Source: Gammaproteobacteria bacterium
GTDB lineage: Bacteria > Pseudomonadota > Gammaproteobacteria > JBCCGL01
Direction: 5' to 3'
NCBI GenBank assembly: GCA_965277715.1
Contig: OZ255836.1
Span: 3,616,001 to 3,680,000, forward strand
DNA length: 64,000 nt
Shown: in pieces, positions 1 to 8,560 of the stretch
Position numbering within the stretch: the first letter of the stretch is position 1
Layout of the letters: each line of letters opens with the position of its first letter
Notes under the pieces: generated by a model
Database searches by the model: none
What the model was told of the DNA's origin: nothing
The model's input: the letters and a program-made list of their open reading frames with translations, nothing else
Translations under genes and position numbers: made by a program

Positions 1-1
1 G

Positions 2-718
2 GTTTTGTTTCGCGGTGAATTTCTGGCCCGTTACCGGGCGATTGGCTGGCCGGGTCTGTGGATGGCGTTATCACATGTTATTGGCATGACGGCATTTATG
101 ACGGCAGTGACAACCACCTCGGTTGCCAACACCCTATTAATATTGGCTACTACGCCACTATTTGCCGCATTGATTAGCTGGGTGGCGATGCGCGAAGCCA
201 TGCCACTGCGCACCTGGCTGGCGATTGGTTTGGTTGCTATTGGCATTGCTGTTATCAGCTCCGGTGGCGATGTCAATAATGCATCGTTAACGGGTGACCT
301 GGCGGCATTGTTGGGCGCTTTTATGCTGGGGCTTGGCTTTACGATAACCCGTCGTTACCGTGATCGCTCAATGATACCGGCGCTATCCCTGGGTGGATTT
401 TTTTCAGCACTCATCATTTTTCCTCTGGCAACTCCCGTTGCCGTGTCGGTAGTGGATGTGGGTTATCTACTGTTGATGGGGTTGTTTATGCTGCCTTTGG
501 GCATGACTATGATGTATTTTGGTCCGCGCTATGTTCCCGCCGCTGAAGTGGGGTTGATGATGTTATTGGAATCTGTCGTTGGCCCATTTTGGGTGTGGTG
601 GGCGTTGGGTGAGAACCCAGGGGTGCGCACCTTTATTGGGGGAGGGATTATTTTGTCTGCACTGGTGGTTAATTTGTTGTGGGCGTTAAATGTGCAGCGT
701 CGGCTCTCAGTCGGATGA
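2..718 (+). CDS. DMT/EamA family transporter, 5'-truncated by window edge
   Basis: Multi-TM ORF with EamA-like segments (SVANTLLILATTPLF, LLESVVGPFWVW..GE); frame is open to the window start. Confidence 0.85.
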   Translation, partial: VLFRGEFLARYRAIGWPGLWMALSHVIGMTAFMTAVTTTSVANTLLILATTPLFAALISWVAMREAMPLRTWLAIGLVAIGIAVISSGGDVNNASLTGDLAALLGAFMLGLGFTITRRYRDRSMIPALSLGGFFSALIIFPLATPVAVSVVDVGYLLLMGLFMLPLGMTMMYFGPRYVPAAEVGLMMLLESVVGPFWVWWALGENPGVRTFIGGGIILSALVVNLLWALNVQRRLSVG

Positions 719-1414
719 CGTGTCGACCAGGCGCTTGATATTATCGGCAACGCGCAGCGATTTGGAGCGAAATTCCCGACGGTATAACACCCATAACACC
801 ATGCAGGTAGCGATAACAAAAAACCAGGCGTTAATCGACCAGCCGAGAATGGCCAGGGCGAAAAAATTGGCGCGCAAACCCTGGTTGAAATGCTGGGCAA
901 ACAGGGCGGTTATTTTACCCAACTCAACGGCGTACGCTTCACTGATGTCATCGTGCTCAAAGGGCGCTGCATTGAATAATACCGAGCTGTAGTTAGCCAG
1001 GCGCACCGCCCAGATAAATTTGACGAAGGCATAAATAAAAACGCAGATAAGTGACACCACTTTTAACTCCCACAAACCTTGCGTCGGTACGTTGACAAAG
1101 GGCAGCGAGCTAATGGCATTCAATGCTTTTTCAGAACCGCCCAGCCCCGCTACCAGCCCACCGATGACTAATATGGCAGTAGAGGCGAAAAACACCGCGC
1201 TGTGGACAAAATTGCCCATGACCAGCGCATCTGGCATACGCAGTTCGCGTTTGAGCAGTTCGCGCATCCAGCGGCGACGGTGAAAATCCATTACCTTTGG
1301 CAAGCTGTTCACCGACCACCGACTAAAATCGGCAAACCAGGTGTAGGCAGCCCACAGGGTGACAAACAGTATCAGGGCAATCCAGTCCAGCAGGGGAATA
1401 TTGTGTAACATCAT
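707..1414 (-). CDS. DUF599 family membrane protein
   Basis: RRRWMRELL, FFASTAILVIGG and FNQGLRANFF motifs; start taken at ATG 1414, overlapping the upstream gene's stop. Confidence 0.8.
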   Translation of the reverse strand: MMLHNIPLLDWIALILFVTLWAAYTWFADFSRWSVNSLPKVMDFHRRRWMRELLKRELRMPDALVMGNFVHSAVFFASTAILVIGGLVAGLGGSEKALNAISSLPFVNVPTQGLWELKVVSLICVFIYAFVKFIWAVRLANYSSVLFNAAPFEHDDISEAYAVELGKITALFAQHFNQGLRANFFALAILGWSINAWFFVIATCMVLWVLYRREFRSKSLRVADNIKRLVDTSSD

Positions 1415-2310
1415 GCCTGTGTTTTCCTTGTGCGTTTGCGCACAATAATAAACAACCCGCTGGCGGCAATGGTTAAGGCGCCGAGCCAAGTGGTTGTCAC
1501 GGGGACTTCACCCCATATCAGGTAGCCGATTACGGCGGCAAATATCAGTATTAAGTACTCAAAGGGTGCCAGCAGGCTGGCCTCAGCGTAGCGGTGCGCG
1601 TGGGTAAGTGACCACTGTTGCAGACCGGCGATAATGCCAAAGGCAAGTAGCAGCCCGATATCGCTCCCTTGTGGTGTCACCCAACCAATGGCGAGTGCCC
1701 AGCCGGTGTAAAACAGGGTGCCGGTCGCGTTATAGTAAAAGCCAATGGTCATGGTTTTTTCGGTTTTGCTGAGCCGCCGCAGGCTGATAGATACCAGCGC
1801 ACCGGTAATCCCTGCACCGATGCCCGCCAGCGTGCCCAGGCTCATGCCCGCACCACCGGGCTGAGCGATCAGGAGCACGCCAATAAAGCCAACAATGACA
1901 GCACTCCAGCGCCGCAGGCCAATCTTCTCGCCCAATAATGGAATCGAAAACACCACGATAAATAGCGGGGCGGAATAGGCCAGTGCTGTGGCATCGGCCA
2001 TTGGAATGGTCGCCAACGCCAGATACAGCAAGCCCAAGCTGGTAATTCCCGAGGCGGTACGCGCTGCATGTTCCAGAGGGCGATGGGTGATTAACCCGGC
2101 CAGGCCACCCACCGAGGGCAGTGTGATGCTAAAAGCCAGCGCGGCGGCGATGAAACGAAAAGAGAGTATTTCAGGGAGTGGATAAGTGTCTGACAGTGAT
2201 TTAACCATTGCGCCGAGTATCGACATCAGTGCAAGGTTAGTGATGAATAAACCGGTGCCAAACCAGGGGCGGTCATGCCATTGGGCACTGTGGGCAGTAA
2301 AAGATGACAT
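1411..2310 (-). CDS. DMT/EamA family transporter
   Basis: 299 aa hydrophobic protein with LLGEKIGLRRWSAVIVGFIGVL and AEASLLAPFEY. Confidence 0.9.
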   Translation of the reverse strand: MSSFTAHSAQWHDRPWFGTGLFITNLALMSILGAMVKSLSDTYPLPEILSFRFIAAALAFSITLPSVGGLAGLITHRPLEHAARTASGITSLGLLYLALATIPMADATALAYSAPLFIVVFSIPLLGEKIGLRRWSAVIVGFIGVLLIAQPGGAGMSLGTLAGIGAGITGALVSISLRRLSKTEKTMTIGFYYNATGTLFYTGWALAIGWVTPQGSDIGLLLAFGIIAGLQQWSLTHAHRYAEASLLAPFEYLILIFAAVIGYLIWGEVPVTTTWLGALTIAASGLFIIVRKRTRKTQA

Positions 2311-2414
2311 GGGGGGGTTAAGGGTGCCAGGGGTTAGTCAATAAACGGGTGCTAGTGTCGCATAAAACCAACGGTTAATCGTGAGAAATACCGCATTTTC
2401 CAGGATAATAGGGT

Positions 2415-3230
2415 GTGCCTTCTGTCTCCGTCATTATTCCTACTTATAACCGCTGCGCGCTGTTGGCGCGTGCGCTGGATTCTGTGCTGGCGCAAACCCG
2501 TTGTGCGGATGAGGTGATTGTGGTGGATGATGGCTCGCAGGATGGCACGGCGGATTTTGTGCGCCACGCGTACCCACAGGTCCACCTGCTTGTGCAGCGC
2601 AATGCCGGTGTCAGTGCTGCACGCAATCGCGGTATTACCTGTGCCACAGGTGAATGGATTGCATTGCTCGATTCAGATGATGTGTGGCTGCCGACAAAAC
2701 TGGCGATGCAATTACAGGCACTTACTCAGCAGCCTGGTTTTCGTCTGGTGCATTGTGATGAGGTCTGGATCCGTAAGGGTGTGCGGGTTAATCCAATGAA
2801 GAAACACAAAAAACGGGGTGGGTTTATTTTTCAGTACTGTTTGCCATTGTGTTGTGTTTCGCCTTCGTCGGTATTAATTGAGCGTAGTGTGTTTGAGACA
2901 CTCGGTAATTTTGATGAGTCGCTGCCCGCTTGTGAGGATTATGACTTATGGTTGCGGATATGTGCGCGGGAGCCAGTGTTATATCTCGATCAACCTCTGC
3001 TGCAAAAGTATGGAGGGCATTCTGATCAACTTTCCCAACAGTATTGGGGGATGGATCGTTTTCGGATACAGGCTTTGCAGAAAATACTGGCTATGGGTGT
3101 TTTGTCTGAACAGGATCGTGTGGCGGCAAAAGCTATGCTGGTGAAAAAGGCAGCTATTTTTGCTCGGGGGGCGGAGAAGCATGGGCGGGAGGAGCTTGCC
3201 CGCTACTATTGGGATCTTTCAATTGGGTGA
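2415..3230 (+). CDS. Glycosyltransferase family 2
   Basis: VSVIIPTYNR, VVDDGS, LLDSDD and CEDYDLW motifs. Confidence 0.92.
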   Translation: MPSVSVIIPTYNRCALLARALDSVLAQTRCADEVIVVDDGSQDGTADFVRHAYPQVHLLVQRNAGVSAARNRGITCATGEWIALLDSDDVWLPTKLAMQLQALTQQPGFRLVHCDEVWIRKGVRVNPMKKHKKRGGFIFQYCLPLCCVSPSSVLIERSVFETLGNFDESLPACEDYDLWLRICAREPVLYLDQPLLQKYGGHSDQLSQQYWGMDRFRIQALQKILAMGVLSEQDRVAAKAMLVKKAAIFARGAEKHGREELARYYWDLSIG

Positions 3231-3503
3231 TTTTTAGGGAGTGTTTTGAGGTTTCACTCGCGATGTTTTGGTGTGTTTCTTTGCTCTTTACAGGCGAAGC
3301 TACCGCTCCCCGGCAGCAGCTCCTGCGCTGCTAAACACGGTAGTGCGCCAACTGTTTCTGTGAAAAGCAGATTGACGCTGATTGCTTATGCATGAAATTG
3401 TGCATTTGATGCATTGCCTTCTTACCCAATACACCGTCGATTTTTAGTTAATAGGCAATAAACTAACTTCGATTCAAAGTTAGGGGAATATTAGGTTTAC
3501 GGG

Positions 3504-4820
3504 TTAATTTGGATTTAACCCAATAGTATTCATAAATCCACTGAACAGGGTAGGGGGGGCTGTGCTGGTCGGCAGTGCGAGCACTTGCTCGCACAGTGTT
3601 TGGGATGCCGCTTTACTTAAGCCGCCATACTGCATCAGGTGGGTGGCTTTGTCACACATTTCGGTATTACTCAAGGCCAGTTCAGGGTCACCTTTGCAGT
3701 CTTTTCGGATGGTCGAAAAGGTTTCCCCTGTGTGTGTGGTGACGCTGACACCACCCCCCCATGACAATGGGTAGCGCGATGCAAATGGATCGGTGATATG
3801 CAGTGTCGTCGCGTTGCGCAGTTCATGGGTGCGTTCGCGTGCCGACTGGTTAAAGGAATCCAGGGTCACTTCGCCTTCCTGAAGCGCGATAGCGACGCAG
3901 TGATAAAGGGAGAACTTTGCCTGGTATTCGTTTTCTGGTTCGCGTCGGTCGCATACATCCAGTGCTGCCTGGTAGGTGTCGATAGCCACTGTTTTAATGC
4001 GCATTTCCTTTAATTGGTTGTGTAAGGCCAATGCACAGTCGATGCTTGGGTGAGTGTGACGACACGATGGCCAGGGTTTGATTGAGGTGAGGGGCAGTTG
4101 CCAGGGGTCTTCCGGTGCCATTAATACGGCAGCGGGAATAGGGTCTGGGCACATGCCGACAAACAGGCCCTTTTCACCTTCGAGTATTTCGGGTGAGCCG
4201 GTGAAGCCGTGAGCTGCGAGCTCTGCTGCCAATAGGCCGGATTCGCAGGCACGCCCGGCGTGCAGGTGCTTGCTCATTGCACCGGTTTGCATAAATTGCC
4301 AAAACCCGGATGACTGGGTGCCCGCATTGCCGAGGGCGTCGACAGTCTGTTGTGGATCGAGATCCAGGAGTGTCGCCGCCGCCATCGCCGAGCCAAACGG
4401 GCCACTGGTAGCGGTGTTGTGCCATATCTTATAGTGGCTGGGACCGAGCGCGGCGCCGATACGGCACATTGCCTCAAAACCATGCAGAATAGCGCGCAAT
4501 ACTTTGGTGGCGTCTGCGCCGGTTTTTTCACCGAGCGACAATGCGGCGGGTATGACGACACAGCCAGGATGAGTGACTGAGGCGCGGTGTAAATCGTCGG
4601 TTTCGGTGATATGGGTAAGCGCGCCCATGAGCAGTGCTCGGCGTTTGGTGTCGGTATCACCTGCACCAGCCCAGTCGATGAGTGTTTTTCCTGTCGGGGT
4701 TGCGCTGCCCGCGTAGGCCGTGGCAACGGCATCCAGGGTAAACAGTGCCGCTGCGTTGAGGTCGGCGGCGTCGATGGGTTTATTGCGAATCAGTTCGATT
4801 AGTTTTTTTGTCAGGCTCAT
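3504..4820 (-). CDS. MmgE/PrpD family protein
   Basis: ETDDLH..THPG, SKHLHAG, KPWPSCRHTH and AKFS motifs. Confidence 0.9.
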   Translation of the reverse strand: MSLTKKLIELIRNKPIDAADLNAAALFTLDAVATAYAGSATPTGKTLIDWAGAGDTDTKRRALLMGALTHITETDDLHRASVTHPGCVVIPAALSLGEKTGADATKVLRAILHGFEAMCRIGAALGPSHYKIWHNTATSGPFGSAMAAATLLDLDPQQTVDALGNAGTQSSGFWQFMQTGAMSKHLHAGRACESGLLAAELAAHGFTGSPEILEGEKGLFVGMCPDPIPAAVLMAPEDPWQLPLTSIKPWPSCRHTHPSIDCALALHNQLKEMRIKTVAIDTYQAALDVCDRREPENEYQAKFSLYHCVAIALQEGEVTLDSFNQSARERTHELRNATTLHITDPFASRYPLSWGGGVSVTTHTGETFSTIRKDCKGDPELALSNTEMCDKATHLMQYGGLSKAASQTLCEQVLALPTSTAPPTLFSGFMNTIGLNPN

Positions 4821-4842
4821 GCGAGCTGTTTCCTGAATAACG

Positions 4843-4870
4843 ACAAGCCCTCCGTAAATAGAGGGCTTGT
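4843..4870. terminator. Stem-loop between tmm and the MmgE/PrpD gene (terminator or mRNA stabiliser)
   Basis: ACAAGCCCTC-N8-GAGGGCTTGT perfect 10-bp stem; no clear U-tract. Confidence 0.55.
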
Positions 4871-4893
4871 GCCTGTCACAACACTACCGGTTC

Positions 4894-6237
4894 TTATTGG
4901 CTTTGCAGGTAGCTTTCAAGTGAATCGTCCAGCGCATCCTTCCACGGTGTGTGGTGTGCGGGTGCCATTGTGCCCGTCATCGGTGAAACATAACCGTTGT
5001 CACGGAATGTCATGATGTTTTGTTTTTTGTGTTTCTTCCATTGAAAAAAGGCGGCATTGGCAGCGTTTATATCAAAGCTGGGGTAGTCGGTTTGCTCTAT
5101 TAGATGGCGTGTGTAGTTACCCTGGTATTCAATAGCGCCGTAATCGTCCGCTATATTGTCTTCCTGTTCGCGCCAGCGGTCGATATCGGCGAGCATTTGA
5201 TCTTTACTGGGTACACTGAGGCGGCCCATGATGAGGTCGCGTACATACCAGGCTTGTGCATCAAACATATTGAAGGTGTACCACTGATCCTGCATGCCGA
5301 GGTACATTAGTTTCGGGTTATCCGCCCAGGCCACGCCGTTGTAGAGGTCTACCGGGTATAAACGATTATTGGTTTTGAGCCTGAGGCTGTCTGGCATAAA
5401 CGGAAAGTGGTGCAAATAACCGGTGCACAGGAGAATAGCATCGACATCTTTTTGAGTGCCATCAATAAAGGTTGCGGTATTCTTTTCAATCTTTTGTAAC
5501 AGTGGTACTTCTTGCCAGTTATCTGGCCAGTCGTAGCCCATAGGTGCGGTGCGGTGTGAAACAGTGACGGATTTGCAGCCGTATTTCCAGCACTGTGAAC
5601 CGATATCTTCCGCCGAATAAGATGTGCCGATAATCAGGATATTTTTGTCTTTGAACTCCATCGCATCACGGAAATCGTGTGCATGCAAAACGCGGCCATT
5701 AAAATGCTCAAAACCTTCAAAATAGGGCACATTAGGCGTTGAGAAGTGGCCGGTGGCGACCACTACATTGTCAAATTGTTCGGTGTAGCAGGTATCCTGT
5801 TGGTGATCTTTCACCGTAACCGAGAATTGACCGTTAGTCTCGTCGTAAATCACCTGTCGTATTGCCGAGTTGAAGCGGATCATCGAACGCACCCCTGCCT
5901 TTTCGACCCGGCCTTTGATGTAATCGAACAACACAGCACGCGGAGGATAAGAGGCGATAGGTCGGCCAAAGTGTTCTTCAAATGTGTAATCGGCAAACTC
6001 CAACCCTTCTTTTGGCCCGTTTGACCACAGATAACGGTACATGCTGCCATGTACCGGCTCGCCGTATTGGTCTAACCCGGTGCGCCAGGTGTAGTTCCAT
6101 AAACCGCCCCAATCACTCTGTTTTTCAAAGCAGACAACTTCCGGTATGTCAGCCCCTTTGTCACGGGCTGACTGGAATGCTCTGAGTTGTGCCAGGCCAC
6201 TGGGACCAGCACCGATGATTGCAACACGTTTTGACAT
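4894..6237 (-). CDS. tmm: Trimethylamine monooxygenase (bacterial flavin-containing monooxygenase)
   Basis: GAGPSG FAD motif, [27 protein letters not shown], FxGxxxHxxxF fingerprint and [17 protein letters not shown], all typical of Tmm. Confidence 0.9.
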   Translation of the reverse strand: MSKRVAIIGAGPSGLAQLRAFQSARDKGADIPEVVCFEKQSDWGGLWNYTWRTGLDQYGEPVHGSMYRYLWSNGPKEGLEFADYTFEEHFGRPIASYPPRAVLFDYIKGRVEKAGVRSMIRFNSAIRQVIYDETNGQFSVTVKDHQQDTCYTEQFDNVVVATGHFSTPNVPYFEGFEHFNGRVLHAHDFRDAMEFKDKNILIIGTSYSAEDIGSQCWKYGCKSVTVSHRTAPMGYDWPDNWQEVPLLQKIEKNTATFIDGTQKDVDAILLCTGYLHHFPFMPDSLRLKTNNRLYPVDLYNGVAWADNPKLMYLGMQDQWYTFNMFDAQAWYVRDLIMGRLSVPSKDQMLADIDRWREQEDNIADDYGAIEYQGNYTRHLIEQTDYPSFDINAANAAFFQWKKHKKQNIMTFRDNGYVSPMTGTMAPAHHTPWKDALDDSLESYLQSQ

Positions 6238-6394
6238 TTGGCTAACTCCTGAGAGGTATTTATTGGTTGGAATTGTGTATCTATTCTGACGTTACGGATT
6301 GCTTGGTGGCGTGTCAAGTAGTAGTGATATGATGTGATAACGGTATAGGTGCTGTGTTTGGTTGGCCTGGTTATTACGATAGGGGTGAAAAATC

Positions 6395-6595
6395 ATGAGA
6401 AAACAAACTGCGGTTACTGCTCGCTGTGCGCTTAGCTCGAAATACGGACTCAGTGATGAGGAGACCTATCTAATGGTGATGCTACACAAATACAAACGTA
6501 TGAGCTGTCAGCAATTAGCTAAGCGGTTTGCTATCACCTCCGGGCAGGCTGCCGACATTATTGCCCGCCGGGCAATAGGGGGGTGTTGTGGTTAA
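6395..6595 (+). CDS. Small hypothetical protein, possible helix-turn-helix
   Basis: ATG preceded by GGGGTG; SCQQLAKRFAITSGQAADII is HTH-like; fills an intergenic gap. Confidence 0.4.
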   Translation: MRKQTAVTARCALSSKYGLSDEETYLMVMLHKYKRMSCQQLAKRFAITSGQAADIIARRAIGGCCG

Positions 6596-6675
6596 GTTTA
6601 AGGAAGCGTTTCAGGCGCTGTGCGTCGGTCTATATATTGGGCAATAAAGAGGGTCGGGAAAAAGGTTGGGGTGTA

Positions 6676-7560
6676 TTAATGCGCTTTTTTCATTGGGTCG
6701 CCTTTTGTCATATCGCGGTCGCCAAAACCACTTGGAAATGATATGGCCCGTTCCAGTGCGGCTATAGCATCGATATTGAAATCTTCTGTTGGTCGCGGTT
6801 CCAGCTCAAAACTCTCACCCCGGTACTCGCCTCGAACCAACATCGCAGAATCTTTTGCCGATTTACAAAACGTCCCGGCAGATATGTACCGCATGACAAA
6901 ACCAATACGGTCATGGTCAGATGGGTTAGGGCCACCGCCGTGTAGAAGCTCGATATGGTGGATGGAAAATTCACCCGGTTGTAACTCGACATCTTTTGCC
7001 AGTGATTCATCCACCGCTTTGTCCATTATATGGTCGTAGAAAAATAAATTACCTTCAGATGATTTGCGCTCCCCCACGGCGATACCCTTATGGGGATCAC
7101 CTTCATAATTAAGCCTCCCGAGTGCGCCGGATCGGTGTGTGCCGGGTATTACCCGCATCGCTCCGTTGGCGACAGTTGCCGGGGTGATGGCAAACCACAC
7201 ACTGACGACGTTGGTGGTGGAGAGATTCCAGTAGGGTGTGTCCTGGTGCCACGGAATCCACGTGCCCATACCTGCACCCTTGACGGCAAAATCACTCGAC
7301 CAAAGCAGAATGTCCGGGCCAATCACCGCCTCGACAGCATTGAGGATAACAGGGTTGTGCACAATGCTGTCCAGCCAGGTGGATACCAGGTGGGGTTTTA
7401 AATGACACTCCCGCCCTCTCGCTTTGGAAACTGCTGTCTGAAAGTGTCGGTAGCGTTTTTCCAGGTGTAATGCGTCTGGCTGTGCGAGCGCGGCAATGGG
7501 CCAGTCGATGCCGTCACGGTTAAATAGGTCGATATCTATTGTTGAGGGAGTGGTTGTCAT
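6676..7560 (-). CDS. Phytanoyl-CoA dioxygenase (PhyH) family Fe(II)/2OG oxygenase
   Basis: WHQD...HGG...R facial triad pattern; NGAMRVIPGTH. Confidence 0.88.
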   Translation of the reverse strand: MTTTPSTIDIDLFNRDGIDWPIAALAQPDALHLEKRYRHFQTAVSKARGRECHLKPHLVSTWLDSIVHNPVILNAVEAVIGPDILLWSSDFAVKGAGMGTWIPWHQDTPYWNLSTTNVVSVWFAITPATVANGAMRVIPGTHRSGALGRLNYEGDPHKGIAVGERKSSEGNLFFYDHIMDKAVDESLAKDVELQPGEFSIHHIELLHGGGPNPSDHDRIGFVMRYISAGTFCKSAKDSAMLVRGEYRGESFELEPRPTEDFNIDAIAALERAISFPSGFGDRDMTKGDPMKKAH

Positions 7561-7572
7561 GGCATGAGACGC

Positions 7573-8049
7573 TTAGTGCTTAACCGATTGTTCCACCGGC
7601 ATTTGATAGGTCACCCAATGGGTTTTTTCTGCGAGTTTATCGTATACCGCCCGGCCCCGGTAATTATTGTCTGCCGTTATCCAACGGATAAGCGGCCAAC
7701 CGTTATCGCGACCAACCTGCTGCAAACTTTCATACAAGGCCTCTACAACGCCTTGTCCTCTCGCGCTGGGCAATACGAATAAATCATCGAGAAACCCGAC
7801 CAGCGCACCGCGCAGTGGCGATGGCATTTGTCGGCAATGCATCAAACCGAGGGCCTGACCATTTTCATCCTTCGCCAGTAGCCCGTAAAAAGGGTTGCCA
7901 TCGTCTTGAATCCATGCCCAGACTGTTTGCAGAATGTCATCATTCATGGGCACTTTATAAAACTGTGCATAGCCGTGATAAAGCGTTTCCCAGTCAGCCC
8001 GATCCGCTTCTGTCGGTGTTGATACAGTAATCATCGTATTAAGCCTCAT
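7573..8049 (-). CDS. GNAT family N-acetyltransferase
   Basis: FLDDLFVLPSARGQG and WITADNNYRGRAVYDK; true start may be the second Met. Confidence 0.9.
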   Translation of the reverse strand: MRLNTMITVSTPTEADRADWETLYHGYAQFYKVPMNDDILQTVWAWIQDDGNPFYGLLAKDENGQALGLMHCRQMPSPLRGALVGFLDDLFVLPSARGQGVVEALYESLQQVGRDNGWPLIRWITADNNYRGRAVYDKLAEKTHWVTYQMPVEQSVKH

Positions 8050-8175
8050 TAATTAGTGTGGAATCTTATTTTGGTTTTCAAAAAAAACCTAACTAATTTT
8101 TAGGTAAAAAGACACAATGCGCTAAATATGTTTTTTTCTCTGCGCAGAGTACATGATGTCAGGTAATGGGATTTG

Positions 8176-8313
8176 ATGATGAATATAGCCATTCTTACTT
8201 CTGAAGGGCTTAACGAGCTCGATTCGTTTACCGCGTTGGGCATATTGAACCGTATGAAAAGCGCAGGCTGGAAGGTGCAAATAACCTGCCCCAGTGACAT
8301 CAAGGTGAGCTAA
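8176..8313 (+). pseudogene. Truncated DJ-1/PfpI family gene (N-terminal 45 codons only)
   Basis: Manual translation MMNIAILTSEGLNELDSFTALGILNRMKSAGWKVQITCPSDIKVS* resembles DJ-1/PfpI N-termini and stops early. Confidence 0.7.
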
Positions 8314-8470
8314 CGTCTACTCTTTTTCTATGTGGGCAGCGTAGGGTGTGATGGAGCGTACACAAAATAATGTCCACTTTTACAATGTTATTTAAATAAT
8401 GCGCTATGTGTTAATAACATACTCAGCCAATTCAGCCATAAGGTAAATCGATACATTTGCAAACCCTGGA

Positions 8471-8493
8471 AGTTATTTCGTGCACGTTCCTTA
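8471..8493 (-). repeat. 23-bp dispersed repeat, copy 1 (possible IS/MITE end)
   Basis: Reverse complement TAAGGAACGTGCACGAAATAACT is identical to 60175-60197. Confidence 0.8.
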
Positions 8494-8560
8494 CCTGAGC
8501 AGAGTCATTTCGCCCGTGAACAGTGATTGAGAATACCCCCTGAATCGACAGGCTCCTCTT

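Noticed and set aside
6676-7560. PhyH protein as a SyrB2-like halogenase
   Set aside because: It keeps HQD; halogenases replace the Asp with Ala or Gly.
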